A stretch of 64,000 bases of DNA from Acidimicrobiia bacterium (GTDB lineage Bacteria; Actinomycetota; Acidimicrobiia; Spongiisociales; ZC4RG35). This document shows positions 8,710 to 18,351 of the stretch, piece by piece. The first letter of the stretch is position 1, and every line of letters starts with the position of its first letter. The stretch is taken from positions 2,056,642 to 2,120,641 of the forward strand of contig CBDCBK010000010.1 of assembly GCA_965214265.1 (NCBI GenBank). The letters run 5' to 3'. The notes under the pieces are model-generated. The model did no database searches, was not told the DNA's origin, and was given only the letters and a program-made list of their open reading frames with translations. The translations under genes and the position numbers were made by a program.

Positions 8710-9878
8710 TTCCGCACGCCGACGGGACTGCGCCCCTGGCGCGCCACGTTAAGCAACACGCCCAGCGCCCCCATGGTCACCACCAGCGAGGAGACGCCGT
8801 AGGAAATGAAGGGAAGGGTGATGCCGGTGATGAGCATCCATCCCAGCACTCCCCCCACATTGATCAGTCCCTGAACGCCCAGCCAGGCGGTGATCCCCGC
8901 CGCCACCATCTGCCCGAAGTGGTCGGGCGCCCGACAGGCCACCCTCCAGCCCAACAGCGCCAGGACGATGAACAGCGAGATCACGAACAGCCCGCCCACC
9001 AGTCCGATCTCCTCGCCGATGATGGCGAAGATGAAGTCGGTGTGGGCGTTGGGAAGATAGAACCAGCGAGCCCGGCTGTTCCCGGGGCCCACACCCCACA
9101 GCCCTCCCGTCCCCAACGCCACCCAGGACTGGATCAGCTGATAGCCGGTGTCGGCGGCGTCCCCCCACGGATCAAGGAATCCCTGCAGGCGATCCAGGCG
9201 GTAGGGAGCGATCACTACCAGCACTATGGAGACCGCCAGGGCAACCGCCCCGGTTCCCAGTATGTAGCGCAGCGGCGCCCCGCCCACCCACAGCACCACA
9301 AAGGCGCATGCTGCGATGAGGAAGGTGGTTCCGAAGTCGGGCTGCTGGAGGAGCAGAAAACCCACGCTCCCCACCACTAGCAACACTGTGGACACATAGC
9401 TCTTGGGATCCTCGAAGATCCCTTTGCCCTTGCAGACTATCGAGGCCATCAACACGATCACCGCGAACTTGGCCAACTCGGAAGGCTCGAAGCCAAGTGA
9501 TCCGAACCGGAGCCACCGGGAGCTTCCTCCCACTTCCACTCCGACCAGCAAGACCAAGAACAGCAGCACCAAGGACAACCCGAAGAGCGGGACGGCGTAG
9601 CGTTGATACAACTGATAGGGCACCCGGGAAGTCACCAGCAGCACCGCTGTTCCCAAGCCCACCCCCAGCAACTGGCGGACGAAGAAGTAGTATTGCCCGT
9701 ATTCCCAGTTGATCCCCACCGTTGAGGAGGCCGAGATGGTGGCGCCCAGCCCGATGACCACCAAGGTGAAAACCACCGCGCCGAACAAGAGGACTATCTG
9801 GGTGTTGGTCCGGTACCGGAACTCGGACTGAATCCTCTCGGTTCGAGCCCGGTAGATGGTGGTTACGTCGGAAGCCAT
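8706..9878 (-). CDS. ftsW: SEDS peptidoglycan glycosyltransferase FtsW
   Basis: Polytopic membrane protein with RW...EPSELAK, QPDFGT, LPNAHTDFIFAIIGEE, TGITLPFISYG. Confidence 0.96.
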   Translation of the reverse strand: MASDVTTIYRARTERIQSEFRYRTNTQIVLLFGAVVFTLVVIGLGATISASSTVGINWEYGQYYFFVRQLLGVGLGTAVLLVTSRVPYQLYQRYAVPLFGLSLVLLFLVLLVGVEVGGSSRWLRFGSLGFEPSELAKFAVIVLMASIVCKGKGIFEDPKSYVSTVLLVVGSVGFLLLQQPDFGTTFLIAACAFVVLWVGGAPLRYILGTGAVALAVSIVLVVIAPYRLDRLQGFLDPWGDAADTGYQLIQSWVALGTGGLWGVGPGNSRARWFYLPNAHTDFIFAIIGEEIGLVGGLFVISLFIVLALLGWRVACRAPDHFGQMVAAGITAWLGVQGLINVGGVLGWMLITGITLPFISYGVSSLVVTMGALGVLLNVARQGRSPVGVRK

Positions 9879-11170
9879 CAGATCCTTTCCCGACTCCGCA
9901 CCAGATCAGAAACGAGCTGACCGAAACGCTCGCCGCGGGCTTGATAGGAGTCGAACTGGTCGAAAGAGGCGCAACCGGGCGCCAGCAGCACCACATCCTG
10001 GGGACGGGCCAGGCCGAAAGCCTTCTCCACCGCCTCTTGCAGGGAGTCGGCGGGAGTAACCCGTCCGGGGGGAGCTGCCTCCACCAGCTCTCCGGAAGCC
10101 GCTCCGATGGAGACCAGGGCCCGCACCGGAGCGGCGGTGGTGAGCGGAGACAGATCGAGGCCCTTATTGAGACCGCCCGCGATCAGCACCACCGATCCGA
10201 AAGAGTTGATGGACGCCAGGGCGGCGTGGGGGTTGGTAGCTTTCGAATCGTCCACGAACCGGACGCCGTCGAGCTCGCCCACCACCCGGCGACGATGGGG
10301 ACCGGGCCGAAAGCCTCGGATCGCCGCTTCGAGAGCGGCGTCGGTGGCGCCCCAGATCCGGGCCGCCGAAGCGGAGATCAGCAGATCCACCAGATAGGAA
10401 GGATCCCGCACCGCCAACTCCCCCATGGGGATGCTCAAGTCCCCGATCACCAGAACAGCGCCGTCTAATCCACTCGACACCGACACTCCCAAGAGGCGGC
10501 TGGAGGCGCCCCTCACCGCCCGTCGGGCGCCAGGGTCATCGGCGTCGAAAATCAAAGTGTCACTCTCCCGCTGGGCGGAGTGGATGCGAGCCTTGGCGGC
10601 CAGATAGCGGTCCAGCGTCCCGTGCCAGTCAAGATGATCCGCAGCGACATTGACAATCACCGCGATGCGGGGCGAAAGCGTCTCGGTGAAACGCAACTGG
10701 AAGCTGGAGAGCTCCACCACCGCCCTATCAGCATCCTTTCCCACTAGGTCCGAAAGGGGAGACCCGATGTTGCCCACCACCGGAATCTCCATCCCCGAGC
10801 GCGACAGCATCTCACCGGTCAGCCGCGCCACCGTGGTCTTGCCGTTGGTACCGGTGATGGCGGTCATCTCCGTTCGAAGCTCGCGACAGGCCAACTCCAC
10901 CTCGCTCCACACCGGCCTTCCCGCCGCCAGAGCATCCCGGATGGGCGCCGATCCCTCCGAGAAACCGGGGCTGGTGACCACCAGATCGCAGTCGGAGACC
11001 AGATCCCGGCGCCAACGACCCGTCACCGCCGTCCATTCCTCCCTTCCGTCGACAGGCGGCAACGCCTCGGGGCGGGCGTCATAGATCTTGACCTTCCACC
11101 CCAATCCAACTCCCACCCGGGCGGCGGCCCGGCCCGAAACTCCCGCGCCCAGCACCAGACAACGTTTCAC
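9878..11170 (-). CDS. murD: UDP-MurNAc-L-Ala--D-glutamate ligase
   Basis: GAGVSG, ITGTNGKTT, ELSSFQL, DHLDWH, DDSKATN, PGCASFDQF; GTG 11170 overlaps mraY stop (GTGA). Confidence 0.96.
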   Translation of the reverse strand: MKRCLVLGAGVSGRAAARVGVGLGWKVKIYDARPEALPPVDGREEWTAVTGRWRRDLVSDCDLVVTSPGFSEGSAPIRDALAAGRPVWSEVELACRELRTEMTAITGTNGKTTVARLTGEMLSRSGMEIPVVGNIGSPLSDLVGKDADRAVVELSSFQLRFTETLSPRIAVIVNVAADHLDWHGTLDRYLAAKARIHSAQRESDTLIFDADDPGARRAVRGASSRLLGVSVSSGLDGAVLVIGDLSIPMGELAVRDPSYLVDLLISASAARIWGATDAALEAAIRGFRPGPHRRRVVGELDGVRFVDDSKATNPHAALASINSFGSVVLIAGGLNKGLDLSPLTTAAPVRALVSIGAASGELVEAAPPGRVTPADSLQEAVEKAFGLARPQDVVLLAPGCASFDQFDSYQARGERFGQLVSDLVRSRERI

Positions 11171-12216
11171 AACAATCCCTCCAGCGCCAGAAAGTCCGCA
11201 TAGAACAGCCCCAGGCCCAGCGTGACGCCGATCCCCGCCAGCATCCAGAACCGGATGACAACGGTGGGCTCCTCCCATCCGGCCAAGCTGAAGTGATGAT
11301 GAAAAGGCGCCATTCGAAACACCCTGCGGCCGGTGGTCTTGAAGCTGGCCACTTGGATGATCACCGAGAACGTCTCCGCCACGTACAGCCCCCCAATAAC
11401 TATCAGCAACAACTGGGTGTTGGTGAGCACCGCCAAGGCCGCCAAAAGGCCTCCGATGGCGTGGGATCCGACATCTCCCATAATCACCTTGGCGGGGGGA
11501 GCGTTCCACCACAGGAACCCCAGCAGAGCTCCGGCCATCGCCGCCGACATGGTGGCCAGCGCCAAGGGATCGACTGCCGTGTAGATGTCAGAGTGCCGTA
11601 CCTGCCAGAAAGCGATGACTATATAAGCGCCGAACATGAGCACCGCAGATCCGCTGGCCAGTCCGTCCATACCGTCGGCCAGGTTGGCCCCGTTGGCGGC
11701 GCCGGTCAGCATCACCAGCACCAAAACAGTGAACAGCGCACCCAGTTCTATTCCGAGCGGACGGGTGAAAGAAAGCTCGGTGACCACGCCCGACCCCCGG
11801 GCGCCCCACACGAACAGAGCTGCCACTGCGACTTGTCCCCCGAATTTGGCTGCCTTGCTCAGACCCAGCGAGCGGCGGTTGCGGGCCTTGACCAAGTCAT
11901 CCAAGAACCCGATAGTGGCCATCCCCAATAGGGCCACCAGGCACAGCGCCCCCCCGATGGGAACCGCAGTGAAATTCGCCGCAAACCCGTCGGAAAGATC
12001 CAGACGCACATAGGTGAGCAGATAGGCGATCACCGCCGCGCTCACAAACAGCAACCCACCCATGGTGGGGGTTCCCAGTTTGTGGCCGTGATCGCCCCAG
12101 ATCTCTTCTTGAATGAAATCTCCAATTTTCAGTCGGCGCAGTACTTTGATTCCGTAGTAGGTGAGAACGATGGAGAGTACAAACCCCACCGACGATCCCA
12201 CCAGCAGGTTGATCAT
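11167..12216 (-). CDS. mraY: Phospho-N-acetylmuramoyl-pentapeptide transferase
   Basis: KLGTPTMGG, GFLDD, NLADGMDGL, MGDVGS, MAPFHHHF; ATG 12216 overlaps murE stop. Confidence 0.97.
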   Translation of the reverse strand: MINLLVGSSVGFVLSIVLTYYGIKVLRRLKIGDFIQEEIWGDHGHKLGTPTMGGLLFVSAAVIAYLLTYVRLDLSDGFAANFTAVPIGGALCLVALLGMATIGFLDDLVKARNRRSLGLSKAAKFGGQVAVAALFVWGARGSGVVTELSFTRPLGIELGALFTVLVLVMLTGAANGANLADGMDGLASGSAVLMFGAYIVIAFWQVRHSDIYTAVDPLALATMSAAMAGALLGFLWWNAPPAKVIMGDVGSHAIGGLLAALAVLTNTQLLLIVIGGLYVAETFSVIIQVASFKTTGRRVFRMAPFHHHFSLAGWEEPTVVIRFWMLAGIGVTLGLGLFYADFLALEGLL

Positions 12217-13670
12217 TCTCTCACCTCGCCGGCAGCCCCCTTCACCCCAGCCAACGCCTCTCGGGCGCACTGACGGTCATCAAAGGGTATCCGCTCGCCG
12301 TCTACTTCCTGGTGCTGCTCGTGCCCCTTGCCGAGGATCAGGACCGCGTCTGCGGGCCGAGCCCACCCCACGGCCCCATGGATTGCCCGCTCCCGATCCG
12401 CCTCCACCGTGAATTTCCTCCCTTCCAATCCGGCAGCGAGATCGGCCAGGATTGCCTCGGGATCCTCAGAGCGCGGATTGTCGGAGGTGAGCATCACGCA
12501 ATCGGCGGCGGCCACCGCCCTGGCCATCTCGATTCTCTTACTGCGGTCCCGGTCGCCTCCCGCTCCGATCACCGCGATAACCCGACCGCGGGCCGCGGCC
12601 CGCGCCGCTCCGATCACCGCCCTGATCGCCCCGGGGGTGTGGGCGTAGTCGACCACCACCGTGGCTGGCGTCTCGGCCACCAACTCAAAGCGGCCCTGCA
12701 CCTGTGGCAGGGCGGCAATCCCCGAGGAGACCTCCCGGGGTGAAAATCCCATCCGAAGGGCTGCAGCCGCTGCCAGCAGGGAGTTTTGCCCGTTGTGGCG
12801 CCCCCCGATGGGTGCCTCCAGTGTAATGGTCGTCCCCCCGGTGTGGCACTCCATCACCACCTGCGACAGGCCTTGGCTCACCATCTCCCCTCTCACCTCG
12901 GCCTCCGGTCCGGTTCCGACCGTGGTAACGGGAATCTCCACACGGCCCGCGAGTCTGCGGCCCCACTCGTCGTCGATCCACACCACTCCCGCCTCCGAGA
13001 GCGACCCCGAAAAGAGGCGCTCCTTGCTCAGGTAGTAATCCTCCTGACTTTCGTGGAAATCGAGATGGTCGTGTCCCAGGTTTGTGAAGACCGCCAACTC
13101 GAAGCGGAGATGATCCACCCTTCCCAACGCCAAGCCGTGGGAGGAGACCTCTATCAAAGCCGTTTCCACCCCCTCGGTGCGCATCATCGCCAGCTGCCGC
13201 TGCAGGTCGGACGCCTCCGGGGTGGTGAGGTGGGTGGGAAGGACCCGCTCTCCGATCCGGGCCCCCAGGGTGCCGACCACCCCGGTGCGTTCTCCGGCGG
13301 CGCGGGCCACCGATTCGATCATGTGCACCACGGTGGTCTTCCCGTTGGTGCCGGTGACGCCCACCAACCGGAGGAACCGGGAGGGGTGTCCGTAAACCTC
13401 AGCGGCGGCCTGCGCCAAGGCCTCCCGGCTGTTTCGCACCACGATTTGGGGCGCCGGCTGATCGAGCGACCGTTCACAGATCACCGCCGTCGCGCCCCGG
13501 GCCAGCGCCTCCTCCACATAGTCGTGACCGTCTGCGTTGGCGCCCCTCATCGCCACGAACAGATCGCCGCTCCGGACCAGACGGCTGTCATGGCTCACTC
13601 CCCGGAGCGGAGTGGAGGCCTCTCCCCGAAGGGTTGCCCCCAGGCAGCCGGCCAGCCTTCCGACCGTCAT
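12213..13670 (-). CDS. murE: UDP-MurNAc-dipeptide--meso-diaminopimelate ligase
   Basis: GTNGKTT, LTTPEA, EVSSH, DHLDFH, DYAHTP, DNPR (meso-DAP specificity motif), GKGHE. Alternative start GTG 13688. Confidence 0.96.
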   Translation of the reverse strand: MTVGRLAGCLGATLRGEASTPLRGVSHDSRLVRSGDLFVAMRGANADGHDYVEEALARGATAVICERSLDQPAPQIVVRNSREALAQAAAEVYGHPSRFLRLVGVTGTNGKTTVVHMIESVARAAGERTGVVGTLGARIGERVLPTHLTTPEASDLQRQLAMMRTEGVETALIEVSSHGLALGRVDHLRFELAVFTNLGHDHLDFHESQEDYYLSKERLFSGSLSEAGVVWIDDEWGRRLAGRVEIPVTTVGTGPEAEVRGEMVSQGLSQVVMECHTGGTTITLEAPIGGRHNGQNSLLAAAAALRMGFSPREVSSGIAALPQVQGRFELVAETPATVVVDYAHTPGAIRAVIGAARAAARGRVIAVIGAGGDRDRSKRIEMARAVAAADCVMLTSDNPRSEDPEAILADLAAGLEGRKFTVEADRERAIHGAVGWARPADAVLILGKGHEQHQEVDGERIPFDDRQCAREALAGVKGAAGEVRE

Positions 13671-13671
13671 C

Positions 13672-15417
13672 TCAGGAAGAGGGCTCACTGGGCACCTCTC
13701 CCAATCGTCGCAGGGCAACTTCCATTATCTCGGCGAATACCGGGGCGGCCGCCGAACCGCCGGTCCGGAACTCCGCCTTGGCGGGACTGTCGATCACCAC
13801 CATCACCACGACCTCGGGGTCGTCAATGGGCGCCATCCCGACAAAGGAGGCGATGTTGAGTGCCTCGTCGTATCCGTCAAAGCCCAGCTTGGAGGAGGTG
13901 CCGGTCTTGCCTCCCACCTCGAACCCCGCGACCGCCGCTGCCTGACCGGTTCCCCTGCTGACCGTATCGGCCAGCAGCAAACGCATAATCCGGGCCGTCT
14001 CGGCGTCGATCACCCGCCGCCGGACAATCTCGGTCACCGGATGGATTTCGTCCCCGCCCACCAGAGCCTTAACCAAGTGTGGCTGTATCCAGACTCCACC
14101 GTTGGCCACCGCCCCGAAGACAGCCGCCATCTGGATGGGAGTAGCCGCCACCGAATAGCCGATCGCCGCCGAGGCGAGACAGGTGCTGCAGGAGGGATCG
14201 AGGTTGATGAGACCCTTCGCCTCGCCGGAGAAGTCGATGCCGGTGGGACTGCCCAGGCCGAACTTCTGTATGTATTCGGCCAGAACTCCCCGCGCCAGCT
14301 TTTCCTGCACCAGGATGGTTCCCACATTGGAGGAGTGCACGAAGATATCGGCCACGGTCATATCCGCGGGCTCATGGAAGGAGAAGTTCCGATAGCACCC
14401 GTAGATCTCGTCATCGGGGTCCTCACAGGCGTCTGGATAAATTTCGATCTGGTAGGGGACCTCTTCGATCAGGTCGGAAGCCCTCCAAGTTCCCGTGTCT
14501 AGTGCGGCGGCGATGGTCACCGCCTTTTGGATGGAACCGGGCTCGTAGAGGCCCCGAATAGCGAAATTGGAGAACGCCGACCCGTCCTCTGAAGCTCTCG
14601 TCTCGGGGTCGAAAGCGGGCACCCCGCCCAGCGCCAGCACCTCCCCCGTCTTGACTTCCAGGGCCACCGCCCAACACTGCTCAGCCCCGGTGCGGGCCAC
14701 TCCGTCCCGACAGGCCTCCATGAGGCTGTATTGCAACAACAGATCCAGGGTGGTGATAAGGTCCGATCCCCGAACCGCTTCGGTTATCTCGCTCTGTGCG
14801 GTGGGTATCTGGCGGCCTTTGACATCCTGTTCCATCACCAGCCGCCCCGGCTTTCCTCCCAGTTCCTCCTGATATCGATATTCCAGTCCCTCGATACCCA
14901 TCCCGTCCACATTCACCATTCCCAGCACATGGGAGGCGACCGACGACGGGTAGATGCGTTTGGACTCGGGCTCGCTGTAGACACCCGCATACCCCAGGTT
15001 GAGAATCTCTTCGACGACGTCCACCTCCAACTGGCGCTTGATGTAGACGAAATCCTTGCCCGAGCGGAGATCCGTGATCAGCCGGTCGATGTCCGCTCCC
15101 ACTCTTGCTCCCACCTGCTGGGCTATCAACACAGGATCGTCGATCTCCGAAGGTACCGCAAAAAGGCTGGCCCCCAGCACGGTCAGAGCCAGAGCCTCTC
15201 CGTTGCGGTCGAATATCTCCCCCCGCTCGGGCAGCACCTCGCGGATGGAGAGGCGCTGTCGCAACCCGCGCGCTGCGTACCCGTCATCTTCCACTACCTG
15301 GACGGTGTACATCTTGAACGCCAGGGCCAGCCATGCCAAAATTAACAGCCCGCCCACTAAGGACAGCCGTTTGGCGACCGATCTGGGGGCGAGTGCGGGT
15401 GCGGATTCATTTTCCAC
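13672..15417 (-). CDS. ftsI: Class B penicillin-binding protein FtsI
   Basis: N-terminal TM, RGEIFDRNG, EPGSIQK (SxxK), SSN (SxN), GKTGT (KTG). Confidence 0.95.
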   Translation of the reverse strand: MENESAPALAPRSVAKRLSLVGGLLILAWLALAFKMYTVQVVEDDGYAARGLRQRLSIREVLPERGEIFDRNGEALALTVLGASLFAVPSEIDDPVLIAQQVGARVGADIDRLITDLRSGKDFVYIKRQLEVDVVEEILNLGYAGVYSEPESKRIYPSSVASHVLGMVNVDGMGIEGLEYRYQEELGGKPGRLVMEQDVKGRQIPTAQSEITEAVRGSDLITTLDLLLQYSLMEACRDGVARTGAEQCWAVALEVKTGEVLALGGVPAFDPETRASEDGSAFSNFAIRGLYEPGSIQKAVTIAAALDTGTWRASDLIEEVPYQIEIYPDACEDPDDEIYGCYRNFSFHEPADMTVADIFVHSSNVGTILVQEKLARGVLAEYIQKFGLGSPTGIDFSGEAKGLINLDPSCSTCLASAAIGYSVAATPIQMAAVFGAVANGGVWIQPHLVKALVGGDEIHPVTEIVRRRVIDAETARIMRLLLADTVSRGTGQAAAVAGFEVGGKTGTSSKLGFDGYDEALNIASFVGMAPIDDPEVVVMVVIDSPAKAEFRTGGSAAAPVFAEIMEVALRRLGEVPSEPSS

Positions 15418-15420
15418 TAT

Positions 15421-15807
15421 TCATCCGGGCGGGTCGAAACCCGGTTTTCTCGAGGCCACTCCCGGCACTTGGATGTGTATCACCTCATCGGGATAGAACA
15501 GTCCCAACGGCTCGGCAAGCGAAGCTATCCGGGCGGGATTCTCCAATCGGGCGACCTCCAGACGGAGCAAACGGTTCTGAATGGTCTCCTGTTCAATACG
15601 GTTCTGCAGATCGGCCAACTGGAAAGCCCCCTCGTCCAAAAGGGTGCGGCTCCACACCATCCCCAGAAAGGTGAGGACCACCAACAGCACGAAGGCCACC
15701 AACGTCAAAAGCGAGGTGCCTCGCCGCCGCGAAGCGGTTCCGGCCGAGATCAGCCGCAGCGAAAAACGATTGCCCGAGGGGCCGGAGGGTGCGGGGTGGG
15801 TGGTCAT
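15421..15807 (-). CDS. ftsL: Cell division protein FtsL-like
   Basis: TM plus coiled coil ending LENPARIASLAEPLGL; between rsmH and ftsI. Confidence 0.75.
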   Translation of the reverse strand: MTTHPAPSGPSGNRFSLRLISAGTASRRRGTSLLTLVAFVLLVVLTFLGMVWSRTLLDEGAFQLADLQNRIEQETIQNRLLRLEVARLENPARIASLAEPLGLFYPDEVIHIQVPGVASRKPGFDPPG

Positions 15808-16721
15808 ACAACAAGCTTCTCCACCGACCGCAACCGGGCAGAACGCGCCCGGTGGTTGCGCTCTGTCTCATCAGCTTGGGGACGGGCCGCTCCCCGGACC
15901 AAGGTCCGCAGCCCGGCGGTGAGACCACAGCCGCACACCGGCAGGTCAGGCGGGCAGACACAATCTTTGGTTCCTTGAGCGAATCTCTGTTTGACAATGC
16001 GATCCTCCAGGGAGTGATAGGAGATGGCGACACAGCGCCCTCTCGCTTCCAGATGCCCGAGAGCGGCCTCCAGTCCGGCACTCACCGCCTCCAACTCCTG
16101 GTTGACCGCCATGCGGATGGCCTGAAAGGTGCGCCGGGCGGGGTGTCTTTTGCGACGCAGGGCGGCGGGGACCGCCCCGGCTATCACCGCAGCAAGGGAC
16201 AGGGTGTCTACCAGGGGGCGGGCGGCCACTATCGCCCGGGCGATGCGGCGGGAAGAAGGCTCCTCGCCTAAGTCTGCGATGATCCGGGCCAGGCGCAGCT
16301 CCTCCCAGGTGTTGACCACCTCGTCCGCAGTCACAGCCGAGCCGCGGTCCATCCTCATGTCGAGCGGTCCGCTCCGGTGATAGGAGAACCCTCGCTCAGG
16401 GTGATCCAGTTGATCCGAGGAGAGACCGAAATCGAACAGGACGCCGGTGAGGTCATCCAGACCGGCGGCGGCCAGCAGTCGGCCGAGGTCGGCAAAATTT
16501 CCCAAAATGAAATCAAACCCCAGGTCGGCGGCTCTTTCACCGACCGACGGATCTCGGTCAATTCCCATAATTCTTACTTGAGGTGCGATCAACTGCCGCA
16601 AACGCAGACTGTGACCGCCTCCGCCAAAAGTGGCATCCACCAGCGTTCCTTTTTGGATGGGCTTGAAAAGTTCGCACACAAGATCGGCCATGACCGGCTC
16701 GTGCCTGGAACCATGGCTCAT
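15804..16721 (-). CDS. rsmH: 16S rRNA m4C1402 methyltransferase
   Basis: HEPVM, DATFGGGGHS, RGFS, PLDMRMD, FQAIRMAVN, ISYHSLEDRIVK, RARSARLR. Confidence 0.98.
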   Translation of the reverse strand: MSHGSRHEPVMADLVCELFKPIQKGTLVDATFGGGGHSLRLRQLIAPQVRIMGIDRDPSVGERAADLGFDFILGNFADLGRLLAAAGLDDLTGVLFDFGLSSDQLDHPERGFSYHRSGPLDMRMDRGSAVTADEVVNTWEELRLARIIADLGEEPSSRRIARAIVAARPLVDTLSLAAVIAGAVPAALRRKRHPARRTFQAIRMAVNQELEAVSAGLEAALGHLEARGRCVAISYHSLEDRIVKQRFAQGTKDCVCPPDLPVCGCGLTAGLRTLVRGAARPQADETERNHRARSARLRSVEKLVV

Positions 16722-16807
16722 AGCCGGCCCCCCGAAGATCGGCGCCTAATGGAAGCGGGCGGATTGGGGCCTTCTTTAGCTCCAGGGAGCCGGCTATGAG
16801 CCATGGT
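16710..16807 (-). ncRNA. Structured leader hairpin between mraZ and rsmH (mraW RNA motif-like)
   Basis: Perfect 19-bp inverted repeat (16710-16728 / 16789-16807), extendable by 9 pairs including G-U on the mRNA strand; inner loop contains CUUCC. Same position as the known actinobacterial mraW RNA motif. Confidence 0.6.
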
Positions 16808-16841
16808 CGTTGGGTCGTATGTCATTCCAGGTTGGAAGTCT

Positions 16842-17267
16842 TCACCTCTCTTCGTGGCCTGGGGAGGGGCCCGCGACCTCTTCCAGATGGCTTCCGAAGG
16901 CCGAAGCGCTCCAAACTTCGATCTCGTCATCCACTCCCACCACCACTACTTCTCCCCCACATTCGATTCCGGCGTATTCCCGAAGTTCAGGGGTGACCAT
17001 GAGACGTCCCTGTCCGTCCATGGACTGCTGATCGGCCGCGCCGAAGAACATCAGCCGTCGAAACTTTCTTCCGGCGGGGGTCTCACGGCTGTAGCTGTCC
17101 CGCACCTCCATCGCCCGCTGATTCCATCCGTCCTGGGAATAGATCACCAGGTGCCCGTCCTGGCCCTTGGTGACCACACAGGAGGGGGCCAGCTCATAGC
17201 GAAAGTGCTTGGGCAGCACCAATCGGCCTTTCTTGTCTATTGTGCGTCTGGTGGTTCCTAGAAACAT
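16842..17267 (-). CDS. mraZ: Division/cell wall cluster repressor MraZ
   Basis: Two DxxGR repeats (IDKKGRL, MDGQGRL), VVVG...IEVW. Confidence 0.96.
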   Translation of the reverse strand: MFLGTTRRTIDKKGRLVLPKHFRYELAPSCVVTKGQDGHLVIYSQDGWNQRAMEVRDSYSRETPAGRKFRRLMFFGAADQQSMDGQGRLMVTPELREYAGIECGGEVVVVGVDDEIEVWSASAFGSHLEEVAGPSPGHEER

Positions 17268-17323
17268 CCGGGCCTCGAAGCGGTGTATCGGTCAACTGGT
17301 TTTGTCTATGTTAGAGAGTCTTT

Positions 17324-17378
17324 CCATTCTATACCACAATCTTCTACAAATAGTATCCTTTCCCCCACTTTACTCCAC
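17324..17378 (-). promoter_or_regulatory. Putative MraZ operator (GTGG-like boxes at 10-bp spacing)
   Basis: Plus-strand CCAC at 17334, 17365 and 17375, with variants CCAT at 17324 and CTAC at 17344; upstream of mraZ. Confidence 0.65.
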
Positions 17379-17762
17379 AGTTTTCCCGGATGCTAACCAT
17401 CTCGCTCCCCGCTGCGCCCCGAAGTTCCCCCTCCGCCCCATACCAGGAAGTAACCCGCCCATCAGGGTCGGCCCCCAGACTCGCGAAAACAGTGACTATC
17501 CCGCGACAAACGCCGGGTTGCTTTTCCCCATCAGGGCCCACCCCCGCCACCACCTCGCCGTCGGTACAAACGCTCTCCACCGGTCCCCCGAAGGAGGCAA
17601 TTTGAAAAAATATGATCTCTTGGCGCGGCCCGAACGACGCGTCGGAACGGGCCGTGAAGATGCTTTCGAATACCTACCAATATGGAGTGCGGGTGAGACA
17701 AAAGTCAAACCCCGGGCGTCCGGGTCTTTAGCGACCCGCGATCCGCTCTTTTCAGCCCGAAG

Positions 17763-18275
17763 CTAGGCGGAGTCGGCCAGGTACGGCCGCCAGGAAGGAT
17801 CTACCCAAAAACCGGAACTGGTGTAAATCCACCCGAAACGCCATGGAGACCGAGGAGATCGCTGAAGGGCAAATCCCGCCTCGGTGGGAAGACGGTTTCC
17901 TTTCTTAATGTTGCATCGACGACAACATGCCACCACGTTGTCCCAGGTGTGAGCACCGCCTCGGGAACGAGGCACCACATGGTCGAGGCTCTCCGCGGTG
18001 GCCCCGCAGTACTGGCAAAGGTTGCCGTCACGCCCGAAAACCGCCCGCCGGGTAAGGGGAACCGAGCGACGGAAAGGCACTTTCACATAGTATTTCAGCC
18101 GAACCACCGAGGGAACCACAAAGCTCTCCTGAGCCGAACGCCAAATCTCCTCCTGCTCCTCAACCACCGTCGCCCGGTCCCGCCACACCAACACCAGGGC
18201 GCGACGGGAACTCACCACCGAAAGCGGCTCATATGTGGCGTTGAGGACAAGCGCTTTGGTCACCATCTCTGCCAT
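17763..18275 (-). CDS. HNH endonuclease (McrA-like, Zn-binding)
   Basis: LVLNATYEPL N-terminus; CQYCG...DHVVPRSRGG...NVVACCRRCNIKKG. Confidence 0.92.
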   Translation of the reverse strand: MAEMVTKALVLNATYEPLSVVSSRRALVLVWRDRATVVEEQEEIWRSAQESFVVPSVVRLKYYVKVPFRRSVPLTRRAVFGRDGNLCQYCGATAESLDHVVPRSRGGAHTWDNVVACCRRCNIKKGNRLPTEAGFALQRSPRSPWRFGWIYTSSGFWVDPSWRPYLADSA

Positions 18276-18351
18276 CCGATGCCAGACTAGACGGCCACAG
18301 TTCCCACCGCGGCATCATTTTGCCAGGTGGACGTGGGGCAAGAAGTGGCGG

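Noticed and set aside
9878-11512. Long N-terminal extensions in the ORF track for murD (also aroA, dinB, pyrE, ispD, usp, PIG-L, LOG)
   Set aside because: Open-frame run-ons over neighbouring genes in high-GC DNA; conserved domains start at the re-assigned codons.
17763-18275. HNH gene as a defence system or homing element
   Set aside because: Stand-alone widespread HNH type, with no adjacent methylase, ATPase, intron or IS features.
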